Origin: Patescibacteria group bacterium
GTDB taxonomy: Bacteria > Patescibacteriota > Microgenomatia > UBA12405
Length of the DNA stretch: 64,000 nt
NCBI GenBank assembly: GCA_023380755.1
Contig: JAMCSD010000008.1
Location: forward strand, 24,592 to 88,591
Direction: 5' to 3'
Shown here: piece after piece, positions 48,192 to 57,462 of the stretch
Layout of the letters: the number at the start of each line of letters is the position of its first letter
Numbering within the stretch: the stretch's first letter is position 1
The notes under the pieces: generated by a model
Databases searched by the model: none
Told to the model about the DNA's origin: nothing
The model's input: the letters and a program-made list of their open reading frames with translations, nothing else
Program-made: the position numbers and the translations under genes

Positions 48192-48345
48192 GAGGAGTCA
48201 CCTCTCGAATGAGAGATAAATAAGGATACGGAAATTAACTAAGAGGAGGCTGAGAAATTAAAAGAGATAGCGGAATGAATAAATAATCTACTATTATTGT
48301 ACTAGTTGTTGAAAAGAGACGGTGGATTTTTTGGTATAATTCATT

Positions 48346-48990
48346 ATGAGGTTTCGAGAATTTAGAGGTGAAATTTACGATGCCGGTGATATTGGTAAAG
48401 AAATCGCTAAGGGATTATTCCCGAGGCAGCAGATTCAACGGTCACTGCATTTTTTTGAGGGACACAACGGGGAGATCGAACAAGCAAACCGGGTGGAAGA
48501 ATTTGAACTGGCGGTGATGGAAATAAACCGGGTCTTGGGCGGAACCAAAGAACCATTTGACCCAGCAGTGGAGCAATTAAAGAAGTTGGTGGGCAATCGC
48601 CGGCTGCCACTGTTCGCCGACGATTTAGAATTCCCAGAAACCCGAGAAATGTACCGAGCAGAAGTGGCGGCCTGGAGGGAAGCGAAACGGACATTCCCCT
48701 CTTGGGCGGAGCGGGAATTTAGGCGGCCAGCAACGGCAGCGGTGGGAATGGCACTGGAATATTACGCGACAATGATTGGTTATTGGGTAAAAGGAATAAA
48801 CAGCAACCCAGAAGAGAGAAAGGCGGTGGCCCGAGCGGTGGTAATCGCAGTAGAGTCAACACTGGCGTTACATTACGGGGAGGGACACATGATACGGGAT
48901 GTGAAAGACTGGATGCTGGAGGAAAAAGAGGCGTTTTCATTGCTAGTACAACGAAAAATAGAAAGGTTGGAGGATGGTGGACAAAAATAA
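48346..48990 (+). CDS. Hypothetical protein
   Basis: 214-aa ORF; TATAAT 5 nt before the ATG. Confidence 0.7.
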   Translation: MRFREFRGEIYDAGDIGKEIAKGLFPRQQIQRSLHFFEGHNGEIEQANRVEEFELAVMEINRVLGGTKEPFDPAVEQLKKLVGNRRLPLFADDLEFPETREMYRAEVAAWREAKRTFPSWAEREFRRPATAAVGMALEYYATMIGYWVKGINSNPEERKAVARAVVIAVESTLALHYGEGHMIRDVKDWMLEEKEAFSLLVQRKIERLEDGGQK

Positions 48991-49039
48991 GTACTGGTCA
49001 GGAGAAGTGACGCGAAAAAGTAATGCCTTGGATATAGAA

Positions 49040-49612
49040 TTACGAAAGATTTTTGGGAAGTAAAGCGGCGAGGCGGTGGAGCAGACCTGGGTAATCAAGA
49101 TGCTCTAAATCGGTGCTGTCGAAGATGATGATTTCACCATCAAGATCCAAAGGATCAGATTGACCACGAAGGAGTAGATCTTTAAATTCGTCGTAGTTGC
49201 CGGTGTCACAATGGCCGGGATGGCGAAGGCCAGATACGGAACGAGCCTTAAAACGTTCAAAGAGGATATCACCTTGACATTGGCACATAATTTGAATGGG
49301 GGTGAAGTGATATTTAGCCATTAACTTTTGGAACTCTTGATTAGCAAACTCAGCCTTGAAGTTGCTTTCGACAATGAATGAGGTGCCGGCGGTTAACAGA
49401 CTCTCCATAAAGTAGTGGAGGACGGCATAGGAGGCACCACCGAGCTTTTGAGACCAAGCGCGGTCCCGCCAGCCAACTTTATCAAAAAGGATTTCTTTGA
49501 CGCCGTCTTTGGAAAGATAAGGCAAGGGAAAACGCTCGATGATTTTTTGGGCGAGGGTAGTTTTGCCGGTGCAAGAGGGACCAGAAATGATAATGATGTA
49601 AGGAGAAGGCAT
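49040..49612 (-). CDS. P-loop kinase (AAA_33-like)
   Basis: SGPSCTGKTT, SKD.VKE, RHPGH. Confidence 0.88.
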   Translation of the reverse strand: MPSPYIIIISGPSCTGKTTLAQKIIERFPLPYLSKDGVKEILFDKVGWRDRAWSQKLGGASYAVLHYFMESLLTAGTSFIVESNFKAEFANQEFQKLMAKYHFTPIQIMCQCQGDILFERFKARSVSGLRHPGHCDTGNYDEFKDLLLRGQSDPLDLDGEIIIFDSTDLEHLDYPGLLHRLAALLPKNLS

Positions 49613-49615
49613 AAA

Positions 49616-49894
49616 TTAACGGGAACGGGTAGGATAGGCGGTAGGGCAAGGGGTTTCCCAGGGGCGAAGGCATTTATTTAGCGTTTGGCACCAGGAATAG
49701 CCGGCGGCAATTAAACAGCCATGGACATCCTTATCACCGCCAATAAGATTGGGAGCGGACACGGCGGGAACAGTAATTGATTTTTGGTATTGCATACCAA
49801 GATAAAAGCCGAGAAAAGGCAAGGCGACAAAAAGGGCCATGGCCAAGGCGACGGAAAAAGGAGTAACCGTGGTCCAGGATTTAGGTAGTTTCAT
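49616..49894 (-). CDS. Small membrane protein with Cys-rich GGDKD.HGC..AGY.WC module
   Basis: TVTP.S..LA..LF..LPF.GFYLG TM; 4-Cys C-terminal module. Start moved to 49894. Confidence 0.75.
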   Translation of the reverse strand: MKLPKSWTTVTPFSVALAMALFVALPFLGFYLGMQYQKSITVPAVSAPNLIGGDKDVHGCLIAAGYSWCQTLNKCLRPWETPCPTAYPTRSR

Positions 49895-49945
49895 ACTATC
49901 ATTATGACACAAAGTTCCGGAAATGATTTGCTGACCAATTGGCCA

Positions 49946-49976
49946 TTGACATTCTAGTTACTGGAAGGTGTAAAGT
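49946..49976 (+). promoter_or_regulatory. MerR-type promoter with a CueR-like operator
   Basis: TTGACA-19 nt-TAAAGT; dyad ACATTCT-N7-GGAAGGT at 49949-49969. Confidence 0.85.
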
Positions 49977-49983
49977 AGCGATA

Positions 49984-50424
49984 ATGAAATACACTATCGG
50001 CCAAATCGCCAAACAAGTCGGACTACCGACAAAAACCATCCGGTTCTATGAAGAAGAAGGGGTAATTACTCCGGCCCAAAGGGGCGAAAACGGCTACCGG
50101 CTGTATCAAGAAATAACGGTTAAGGAATTACAAATGATTAAGTATGCCCGAGGACTGGGCATTCCCCTCTTGGAAATTAAACGGCTAATGAAGGGGTGTG
50201 AAGAGGGGCACTGCTCCCACTCAAAACAATTTGTGGACGAAAATATTAACCGATATTTAGGAGAACTAGACTCTAAGATAGGACAACTAAACACCCTTAA
50301 AAACAAATTGATAGAGTTGCAAAAAACATTAAAAACACAAAAGGCGAACTGCCCCAGCAATGAATACTGCTGTGATTTGCTCCACCAACTTATTGATTTA
50401 GACCAAGGAGGGAAAAATGCGTAG
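49984..50424 (+). CDS. MerR-family metal-responsive regulator
   Basis: YTIGQIAK..G....TIRFYEE.G..R..NGYRLY; Cys at C-x4-C and C-x5-CC. Start moved to 49984. Confidence 0.92.
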   Translation: MKYTIGQIAKQVGLPTKTIRFYEEEGVITPAQRGENGYRLYQEITVKELQMIKYARGLGIPLLEIKRLMKGCEEGHCSHSKQFVDENINRYLGELDSKIGQLNTLKNKLIELQKTLKTQKANCPSNEYCCDLLHQLIDLDQGGKNA

Positions 50425-50469
50425 TCCACCCTGTTGCTAAGTTAAATGACCCTGACGCGCGACAGGGAT

Positions 50470-50964
50470 TTAACGAATATCAGGAAAGCGACGATGAAGA
50501 CGAAGCCCGACTTCACGATACAGTGGATGATGAGATATAAAATATCGGTTTACGTCAATTCCATCAAATTTACTCATAACGGCAAGACCATCAACGGTTT
50601 TGGTAATGATCCAATCACGGACAGTGACTGCCTCTACAGGTCTGATGGTGGGAGTCAACATAGCCATCCAGATATTAGTTTTCTCTTGTTTTTTTCGGAC
50701 TTTGGGAAGCTGGGCTAAGACTTCTTGGTCGGCTTCGATAGTATCCATAAGAACGGTAAGTTCAAAGCGCCGATCTGATTGGCGTAAAGTAAGAAGACCA
50801 TAACCACGAGCAAATCCGATCATCTCTAGAGAGAGTGGGCCAAAGTGAGCCCAGTCGAGCGCGAGGGTAAAGTCGATAGCCGGGGTAACAATAAAACGGT
50901 CGACAGCGTCAATGTCGGTAATCGTTTGGTGTATGGGCGGTAAACTAACGTTACGTTCGGACAT
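50470..50964 (-). CDS. Hypothetical protein
   Basis: 164-aa ORF; TATAAT a few nt upstream of the ATG. Confidence 0.6.
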   Translation of the reverse strand: MSERNVSLPPIHQTITDIDAVDRFIVTPAIDFTLALDWAHFGPLSLEMIGFARGYGLLTLRQSDRRFELTVLMDTIEADQEVLAQLPKVRKKQEKTNIWMAMLTPTIRPVEAVTVRDWIITKTVDGLAVMSKFDGIDVNRYFISHHPLYREVGLRLHRRFPDIR

Positions 50965-50990
50965 AGTTAATTATACTAGGAAGGAGAAGT

Positions 50991-51452
50991 TTAACTTAAA
51001 CGACGAGCGCGGAAGTGTTCCAATGTTTCAAGGGGCGGAAGAATAGTGATTTGGTTGCGAATGTTTTGAGGAATATTAACAAAACGACTGAGGGGTTCGG
51101 CGGCATAAAGTGGCCGTCGGCAGGCTAGAGCGAAGCCGACCTCAAAAGCGGCGGAATTACCGAGATAGCCATCAGGGTTAACAAGATAGAATAGATCAGC
51201 ACGGGAAATGGCAACAAGAAAGGTATCTTCGATTTGGCGAATTGAAAGGTCGATTTCGGTGGGAAGCGGATGGGAGCCGGGCTCACCTGCTTTGATTTGA
51301 AGATGGGGATCGCGAGAGGCAGACCAGCCGGGGTCGGGAGCTAAAACGCTGGCGCCATAATGCTCAAATTCGGCGCGAGCGGCGTCGATTTTGTCTTTAA
51401 ATTTAAAGGAGCCAGAGAGGATGACGTTAATTTCCGGTAAATTGGCGGACAT
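50991..51452 (-). CDS. Nucleoside 2-deoxyribosyltransferase-like protein
   Basis: LSGSF; I..AD..Y..NP.GY.G.S..FEVGFA....P.Y. Confidence 0.7.
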   Translation of the reverse strand: MSANLPEINVILSGSFKFKDKIDAARAEFEHYGASVLAPDPGWSASRDPHLQIKAGEPGSHPLPTEIDLSIRQIEDTFLVAISRADLFYLVNPDGYLGNSAAFEVGFALACRRPLYAAEPLSRFVNIPQNIRNQITILPPLETLEHFRARRLS

Positions 51453-51457
51453 GGTGT

Positions 51458-51465
51458 ATTATAAT
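51458..51465. promoter_or_regulatory. Palindromic bidirectional -10 box
   Basis: CAT-ggtgt-ATTATAAT-gagtt-ATG: TATAAT lies 5 nt from the start codon on both strands. Confidence 0.8.
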
Positions 51466-51470
51466 GAGTT

Positions 51471-51983
51471 ATGACAGAAGAAGTGCAAAGATATACCGTA
51501 ATTCCCAGAGTTTTGGTTTTTGTTTTCAAAAATAATAAGCTGATGATGATGAAATACTCGGGTAAAGGCGGACACCAAACACAGGAAAAAGTAGATCGAA
51601 AAGATATTTACAACCCAATCGGTGGGCATATTGAGGATGGTGAAAGTCCAATAGATTGTGCTACTAAAGAAGCCATGGAAGAAGCGGGGATAAAACTTTT
51701 GAATCCGAAAATCAGCGGAGTGATTAATGTGTCGGGGTTTGCCGGAAAAAATATTATGAATTTCATTGTTTCGGGAACGACAGAAGACGAGCCAATAAAA
51801 GAAACCTTAGAAGGGACGATGGAATGGGTGGACTCAAAGGCAATTGACGGATTGAAAGTTTTCCCGGATTTGAAGCCGATCATGGATAAATTAATGTCAC
51901 TAAAAGAGGGACAAATGTTTACGGGAGTGATCGAATTTGACGGGAAGTTTGGGTTGAGAAAGATTGAGCTAAAAACGAATTGA
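51471..51983 (+). CDS. NUDIX hydrolase (MutT-like)
   Basis: GGHIEDGE....ATKEAMEEAG. Confidence 0.9.
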   Translation: MTEEVQRYTVIPRVLVFVFKNNKLMMMKYSGKGGHQTQEKVDRKDIYNPIGGHIEDGESPIDCATKEAMEEAGIKLLNPKISGVINVSGFAGKNIMNFIVSGTTEDEPIKETLEGTMEWVDSKAIDGLKVFPDLKPIMDKLMSLKEGQMFTGVIEFDGKFGLRKIELKTN

Positions 51984-51992
51984 CTTATTAAG

Positions 51993-52009
51993 TACTATGC
52001 AGCGTAGTA
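51993..52009. promoter_or_regulatory. Putative BlaI operator
   Basis: TACTATG-CAG-CGTAGTA, downstream of TTGACT at 51980. Confidence 0.65.
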
Positions 52010-52051
52010 GAAAGGCATATGATGATGGTAGTTAACCATTAATTTAAAAAA

Positions 52052-52306
52052 ATGATAAATACCGGAAGAGCAGTAAAGGCGAGTGTAGTGTGGATGACCG
52101 TAGTTTATTTAGTTTGCTATTTTGGGGTATTGCTACTGCCGGGAATAAGGGATTTATTTATGCAATACGCGTTGCACACTAAAGTGAGCGGCTGGGAAAA
52201 CGTCATGTCACTGACTACGCTGATAACGGGGGTGGTGGTCTGGGATGTGCTGGCAGCAGTGGGAGTGGGGCTGTTTGCCACGGTCTATAACCAAATAAAA
52301 AAGTAG
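52052..52306 (+). CDS. Small 2-TM protein (DUF5676-like)
   Basis: VYLVC, MQYALH, two TM, ending YN. Confidence 0.65.
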   Translation: MINTGRAVKASVVWMTVVYLVCYFGVLLLPGIRDLFMQYALHTKVSGWENVMSLTTLITGVVVWDVLAAVGVGLFATVYNQIKK

Positions 52307-52309
52307 GCT

Positions 52310-52567
52310 TTAGTCTTCGACAACCACAAGGGTATCGATAGGATCATGGACCTCCCAGCGAGGAGTAAAAGAGACAGAGTAGCCGCGATCGCCAAAAGTG
52401 ACGGAGTCTAAGTGGAGGCAATGGGTAAGGACTTGCTTTACCCGGGTAAAACCAATTTGGCTTTCAAAAACGCCGACAATGGTTTGACGGACACCGTTAA
52501 CAGAAATTTTGGTACCAGACTGATAAGGAGCAAGAGTATAAAGGAATTGTTCAGCGGAACGAGGCAT
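52310..52567 (-). CDS. Hypothetical protein
   Basis: 85-aa ORF directly downstream in the minus-strand operon. Confidence 0.5.
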   Translation of the reverse strand: MPRSAEQFLYTLAPYQSGTKISVNGVRQTIVGVFESQIGFTRVKQVLTHCLHLDSVTFGDRGYSVSFTPRWEVHDPIDTLVVVED

Positions 52568-52568
52568 A

Positions 52569-53081
52569 TTAAAAAGCGAAATAATTAATGAGAAGGTATA
52601 CTGTCAGGCTGAGAGCCCAGAGACTACCCAAGGAAACAACAACCCGTTGATAAGGGAAGAAAATGCCATGGTGGAGCTTAATGGCGAGAGCATCAAGAAA
52701 ATCAACTAGATAGAAAAAGGCGCCCCCGAGAAGTAGGCCAAAGGTAAGCCGGGGTAAGCCGAAAAGGTCACCATTGTGAGTGCTAATTAACTTAAATTGA
52801 TAGAAAGACCAGAGGGTGGAAAGAAAAATTAGAAGATAGACAAGAGGTTTTTTGAGAGGAAATTTAAGTTTGCGGAGAGTGAAGGTGGTAAACCAGAAAG
52901 AAGTAGCACCCAAAAAGGCTGCCAACCAAATGCCGGTAATGCTGTCATCAACACCAAGAAGGCGGGAAAGGGTTAAGCCAGCGGCAGCGCCAGCGACACA
53001 CAGAGGGCAATGAGCCAGTGCGGGAGCAGCCAGCAAAAAGGTAAAGGCAAACAAATTAACCAGTAAGAAAAGGACTAACAT
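52569..53081 (-). CDS. Membrane protein with N-terminal HCPLC
   Basis: AHCPLC..G...G..LSR.LGVDD...GIW. Start moved to 53081. Confidence 0.78.
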   Translation of the reverse strand: MLVLFLLVNLFAFTFLLAAPALAHCPLCVAGAAAGLTLSRLLGVDDSITGIWLAAFLGATSFWFTTFTLRKLKFPLKKPLVYLLIFLSTLWSFYQFKLISTHNGDLFGLPRLTFGLLLGGAFFYLVDFLDALAIKLHHGIFFPYQRVVVSLGSLWALSLTVYLLINYFAF

Positions 53082-53088
53082 GGGATGG

Positions 53089-53580
53089 TTAAATAATAGT
53101 GCCGGCAAATTTAAATTGCTTAACGCCGGAAGGATCCTGAAAATAAAGTTGAATTACGCGACGGAAAGGACCAACACCTTGTGGGCCGTGGGCGTTAGGA
53201 TCGAAATCAACCACAACTTTTCCGCTCTCCCCGGGATTGAGGGTCCAACCCAGAGGGGGGTTGAGAGCCCCAGCGGACTCCATGCCATAAAGATCGGATT
53301 CCTGATTACCAATAACCACCTTAGCTTTGGTACACATACAAGAGGTGGTAAGGCGACCAAGCTTCATGGGCTGGTTAGTGGAGTTTTTGAAGGTATATTC
53401 TTTGACCACCACTCCCCCTAAGCGAGGGACGTTGCCAAACTGATCTTCGTTGGCAGCGGCCTGGACACCAGCCAGGTCATTACTAATGGTGGCGGTCTGG
53501 TTGGTTTTAACAACAACCCAACCAGTAAAAATAGCAAATAAAAAGAAGCAGAGGAGGATAATTTTTAGTTCTTTAGGCAT
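53089..53580 (-). CDS. DUF1573 (Ig-like, SCMCT) membrane-anchored protein
   Basis: FG.V......Y.F.N..TSCMCT..L.PGE...V.FDP..H...G...R.I. Confidence 0.85.
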   Translation of the reverse strand: MPKELKIILLCFFLFAIFTGWVVVKTNQTATISNDLAGVQAAANEDQFGNVPRLGGVVVKEYTFKNSTNQPMKLGRLTTSCMCTKAKVVIGNQESDLYGMESAGALNPPLGWTLNPGESGKVVVDFDPNAHGPQGVGPFRRVIQLYFQDPSGVKQFKFAGTII

Positions 53581-53594
53581 ATGTAGTTAATAAA

Positions 53595-53611
53595 TACTAC
53601 ATAGTGTAGTA
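53595..53611. promoter_or_regulatory. Putative BlaI operator (perfect palindrome)
   Basis: TAAATACTACA-TAG-TGTAGTATTTA, with 11-bp arms at 53591-53615. Confidence 0.85.
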
Positions 53612-53640
53612 TTTAAACCATTGACAAGCAAGAGGTTAGT

Positions 53641-53657
53641 CACTACACTCCGTAGTA
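53641..53657. promoter_or_regulatory. Putative BlaI operator
   Basis: CACTACA-CTC-CGTAGTA overlapping the -10 region and ATG of the DsbA-like gene; TTGACA at 53621. Confidence 0.7.
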
Positions 53658-54556
53658 TGATGAGAAAAAACCATTCCCCAAAAGTTGTTAAAAGCGTCAG
53701 GCCAATGACTGCCCCACAACCGCAATTAAAAACGGATAATTCCAGGGTAGTAATAGCCACACCGGCAGTAATATTTTATATGGGACTACTGGTGGTGACC
53801 TCATTGATGGCGGGGTACGGCTGGGCAAAGACCGGAGGGGCTAAGGTGCTGGGAACCACAACTTCCCCGACAGCAGCACCGCAGGTACAACAACAAGCTC
53901 AGCAACAACAGCAGCCGGCGCAGCCCCAAGTCAGCCTGGAGACAATTAAAGGATTATTTTCAAAGGATCTGGTTAAATTTGGGAAAGGTGACAAGAAGCT
54001 CTTAATGGTGGAGGTGTCGGACCCCAGCTGCCCATACTGCCATATTGCTGGTGGGATAAATACCGAAATCGGGGCCCAAGCGGGACCAAGGTTTACCCTT
54101 ACTTCTCAAGGGGGAACCTATGTGGCACCCCTACCAGAGATGAGAAAACTGCTTGATGAAGGAAAGGCGGATTTTGTCTGGATATATACCCGAGGGCACG
54201 GAAACGGCGAATTGGCCACGAAGGCACTGTACTGCGCTTATGACCAAGGAAAATTCTGGGAAGCACATGATTTGTTACTGTCAGCAAAAGGCTATGATTT
54301 ACTGAATAATCAGATCCAAAACGATACTTCCAAAACTCAACAATTGGTGGATTTCTTGGCTTCAGCAGTGAACACACAACAATTAAAAAGCTGCTTGGAT
54401 AGCGGAAAGTACAATAACCGTCTGGCAGCCGATTCGGCGGTGGCAGCATCGTTGGGCGTCTATGGGACACCAGGATTCTTCTTAAATACGACTAACTTTG
54501 GCGGCGCTTACAGCTGGAACGATATGAAAAGTGTGGCTGAGGCGGCACTGCAATAG
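53657..54556 (+). CDS. DsbA-family (thioredoxin_4) oxidoreductase
   Basis: SDPSCPYC, A.CA..QGKFW..HD, GV.GTP.F; N-terminal TM. Start moved to 53657. Confidence 0.92.
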   Translation: MMRKNHSPKVVKSVRPMTAPQPQLKTDNSRVVIATPAVIFYMGLLVVTSLMAGYGWAKTGGAKVLGTTTSPTAAPQVQQQAQQQQQPAQPQVSLETIKGLFSKDLVKFGKGDKKLLMVEVSDPSCPYCHIAGGINTEIGAQAGPRFTLTSQGGTYVAPLPEMRKLLDEGKADFVWIYTRGHGNGELATKALYCAYDQGKFWEAHDLLLSAKGYDLLNNQIQNDTSKTQQLVDFLASAVNTQQLKSCLDSGKYNNRLAADSAVAASLGVYGTPGFFLNTTNFGGAYSWNDMKSVAEAALQ

Positions 54557-54729
54557 TTAATTGGCTTTGAGAGTTTTAAGGGTAGGCTTGGCGTGATCCA
54601 GGGGACGGCGGAAAAATTCGTCAAGAGTAAAAATATACTGCGTCTGGTGAATCATAATTTATTTAAATGGTAATGGTAAATAATAGCTCCTTGACCATTA
54701 AATTATGGTGAGGTTGAAATGAAAATTTT

Positions 54730-56148
54730 TTAATGTTTGACAGAAGATGGTGGAAGTTTTTTCAACAGAGGAAGGCTGATGGTAACAGAAGTACCGAAAG
54801 CAACTCGGCTGTAAATGGAAATAGCGCCATGATGGGCTTCGATTACACCTTTGGTAATAGATAAGCCTAAGCCTGAGCCGGGAATTTCGGGCGATTGGCG
54901 ACCACGGTAAAATCGATTAAAGATATATGGCAAGTCTTGGGGAGGGATGCCAACACCGTGGTCAGCAATAACAATCAAGGCAGTATTCTTGGTGGTCTGA
55001 AGGTTAATGGTAATTAACTTATTTTTAGGACTATATTTAACGGCGTTTTCAACGACGTTGAGGAGAGCCCGATGCAACTTGTCATACCGGCCCAAAATAA
55101 AAACTTTAGGGGTAATTGAGGAATGAGTCTTAATATTTTTAACCGAAGATAGGGTGTGGGCAATGTCGACTAAATCGAAGGCGAGTTTAGATAAGTCAAC
55201 TGCTTTTAGGGAAAGATGGTCATTTTCTACTTCCGACCAGGATAAATCTAAGATTTCCTTAGTAAGGGAAGAAATAGTTTGAGCGTCATGCAAAGATTCG
55301 CTTATAATTTGGCGGTATTCACCGGAAGAGCGAGGATGAGAAAGGGCTAGCTCAAGATTACTTTGAAGGATGGTTAAAGGAGTTTTTAATTCATGAGCTA
55401 CGTCAGCCATAAATTGCTGTTCACGCTTAAGAATGGAATGTATCCGGTCAATAAGATTATTAAAACTGATAGTTAGTTGTGAGAGTTCATCATTATTACC
55501 AGGAACGATTAATTTTTCGCGAGGGTCGAGAGGGTTGATTTGTTGGATTTGGGAAGAAATTTTTTTAAAGGGGCGGAGGCCTAATTTGGTGACTAAATAG
55601 CCACTAATTATAGTGAGCAGGGTTAATAATAGAAAAATTACAACTAGGAGAATTAGGAGATTATGAAACGATTTTTGGACGTCATCGACGGGATGACCAA
55701 TTAATAAGATGCCGAAAAACTTATGGTTTTCACGAAGAGGGATAAGGTAAAAACGAATTAGGGTGTGGTTAAAATTTTGTTCAACGAAAAGATTGCCTTT
55801 TGAATTTTGGGCAACAGTAAAAAGATGAGAGATGGCCTGAGTGTCGGCTGAAGAATATAAGGAACTAACGACGATTTTTCCATTATTATTAAGAAGGAAC
55901 AATAGTTCACCAGGTTTTTCTGGAATTTTATTTTGAAAGGTCTGGTTATCAACCAGATGGCCACCAATAAGGTCTTGCTGAATTGCAGCCTGAGCGGCAA
56001 CAAGACCATCGGTGGTCAGAAATTCATCAATATATTTGTAGGTGATGCGAAGGCTATCTAGATAGACAATAGTAAGGATAAAAAAGATGGCTACAGTAAA
56101 AGCTAAAATATACCAAATCGATAAACGCCAAGTTAAACTAAGTTTCAT
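54730..56148 (-). CDS. HAMP sensor histidine kinase (CusS/CzcS-like)
   Basis: 2 TM, HAMP, AHELKTPL, ENAVKY, D.G.GI, GSGLGL. Confidence 0.95.
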   Translation of the reverse strand: MKLSLTWRLSIWYILAFTVAIFFILTIVYLDSLRITYKYIDEFLTTDGLVAAQAAIQQDLIGGHLVDNQTFQNKIPEKPGELLFLLNNNGKIVVSSLYSSADTQAISHLFTVAQNSKGNLFVEQNFNHTLIRFYLIPLRENHKFFGILLIGHPVDDVQKSFHNLLILLVVIFLLLTLLTIISGYLVTKLGLRPFKKISSQIQQINPLDPREKLIVPGNNDELSQLTISFNNLIDRIHSILKREQQFMADVAHELKTPLTILQSNLELALSHPRSSGEYRQIISESLHDAQTISSLTKEILDLSWSEVENDHLSLKAVDLSKLAFDLVDIAHTLSSVKNIKTHSSITPKVFILGRYDKLHRALLNVVENAVKYSPKNKLITINLQTTKNTALIVIADHGVGIPPQDLPYIFNRFYRGRQSPEIPGSGLGLSITKGVIEAHHGAISIYSRVAFGTSVTISLPLLKKLPPSSVKH

Positions 56149-56819
56149 AGTTCAGTGCTGATCTTGTAGCCAACACCACGTAAGGTATGAATTAATTTGG
56201 GATTATAACCGCGATCGATTTTTTTTCGAAGGGAACCAATAAAGACATCAACGATATTGCTCATACTTTCAAAGTTATAATCCCAAACGTGTTCAACAAT
56301 CATTGTTCGAGTGACAACCTCGTCCTGGTGGCGCATTAGGTATTCTAGGATGGCAAATTCCTTTTGAGTTAATAAAATTTTTTTGTCCTGGCGACTAACA
56401 CTGTGTTTTAAAGGATCAAGCTCGAGGTCGTTAATTTTTAGAACTGAGGCAAGATTACTTTGAGAACGGCGCAATAAAGCTTGAATGCGAGCTCGAAGCT
56501 CAGAAAAAGAAAATGGCTTGGTAAGATAATCGTCGGCGCCATTTTCAAGGCCGGTAATTTTATCTTCAATGGTAGATTTAGCAGTCAGCATGATAATGGG
56601 AGTTATAATATTTTTTTGCCGGAGTTCGCGACAGATGGAAACCCCGTCCTTTTTGGGGAGCATAATATCAAGAACAATAAGATCATAATTTTCGGTTTCA
56701 GCCAAATATTGACCCTCTTCACCATCTAGGGCCGCGTCTACAGCAAAGCCATCTTCGATAAAGCCCTTTTTGATGGTTGTGGATAAGCGTTGTTCGTCTT
56801 CAATTAAAAGCAATCTCAC
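56145..56819 (-). CDS. OmpR-family response regulator (CusR/CzcR-like)
   Basis: IEDE, LDIMLP, GADDYL.KPF, LRKKID, RGVGY. Confidence 0.96.
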   Translation of the reverse strand: MRLLLIEDEQRLSTTIKKGFIEDGFAVDAALDGEEGQYLAETENYDLIVLDIMLPKKDGVSICRELRQKNIITPIIMLTAKSTIEDKITGLENGADDYLTKPFSFSELRARIQALLRRSQSNLASVLKINDLELDPLKHSVSRQDKKILLTQKEFAILEYLMRHQDEVVTRTMIVEHVWDYNFESMSNIVDVFIGSLRKKIDRGYNPKLIHTLRGVGYKISTEL

Positions 56820-56841
56820 ATCTTAAGTGTATTGATTCTTC

Positions 56842-56857
56842 ATGAAAATTAGATGAA
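56842..56857 (-). promoter_or_regulatory. OmpR/Pho-box-like direct repeat
   Basis: Minus strand TTCAT-N6-TTCAT, 10 nt upstream of TACACT-N6-GTG of the response regulator. Confidence 0.6.
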
Positions 56858-56871
56858 GACGGGGCGAGAAA

Positions 56872-57459
56872 TTATTTTTGCCTCTTAGAAACAAGGGGAC
56901 GATTGACCAGCCATCGGATCAGGAGAAGGGCAAGAATGGCTAATGGCACCCAAAAAAGAAGCATGGGAAGCCACCCGAGCGTGTATCCCCAGTTATTTAA
57001 GTAATTCATCATACCGTTACCATAGGTGTTCGTCCAATTGCCCATCATGCCGCCAAAGCCCATCATCGGCCCAACCCCAGAATATTGGGCGGGGAATGGG
57101 GCTTGAAGATTACAACCGCTCAAACGCTTACCTAAGGCAATGTGCATTTGTTTTTCGCCACTATCCCCCATCATTTGAGTCATACGGTTGTTCATAAGAT
57201 CGTGGGCCTGGGTGCTGCCTGCCATTTGACCCATATAGTAATCGCCCAAAGCGTCATAGTCATCATCGGTTAATTGTTGGCAGGTGGTTTTTTTCGCCTG
57301 AAGATCGTCAAAGATTTGCCTGCCTTTAGCCTCATCTTGGGCGGTACCGGAAACAGTTTCCGGAGAGGAAGGATTATTGAACCAGCCCATCATACCTTGA
57401 GCAGAAACGGGAATAGTAAAAGAAAACAAAAGAACAAGAATAAGTAGAAGAGATTTCAT
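56872..57459 (-). CDS. Met-rich exported membrane protein
   Basis: Signal peptide; M/H-rich (H..M...M..MMG, MMG.GGMMG); two Cys; C-terminal TM. Confidence 0.75.
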   Translation of the reverse strand: MKSLLLILVLLFSFTIPVSAQGMMGWFNNPSSPETVSGTAQDEAKGRQIFDDLQAKKTTCQQLTDDDYDALGDYYMGQMAGSTQAHDLMNNRMTQMMGDSGEKQMHIALGKRLSGCNLQAPFPAQYSGVGPMMGFGGMMGNWTNTYGNGMMNYLNNWGYTLGWLPMLLFWVPLAILALLLIRWLVNRPLVSKRQK

Positions 57460-57462
57460 AAA

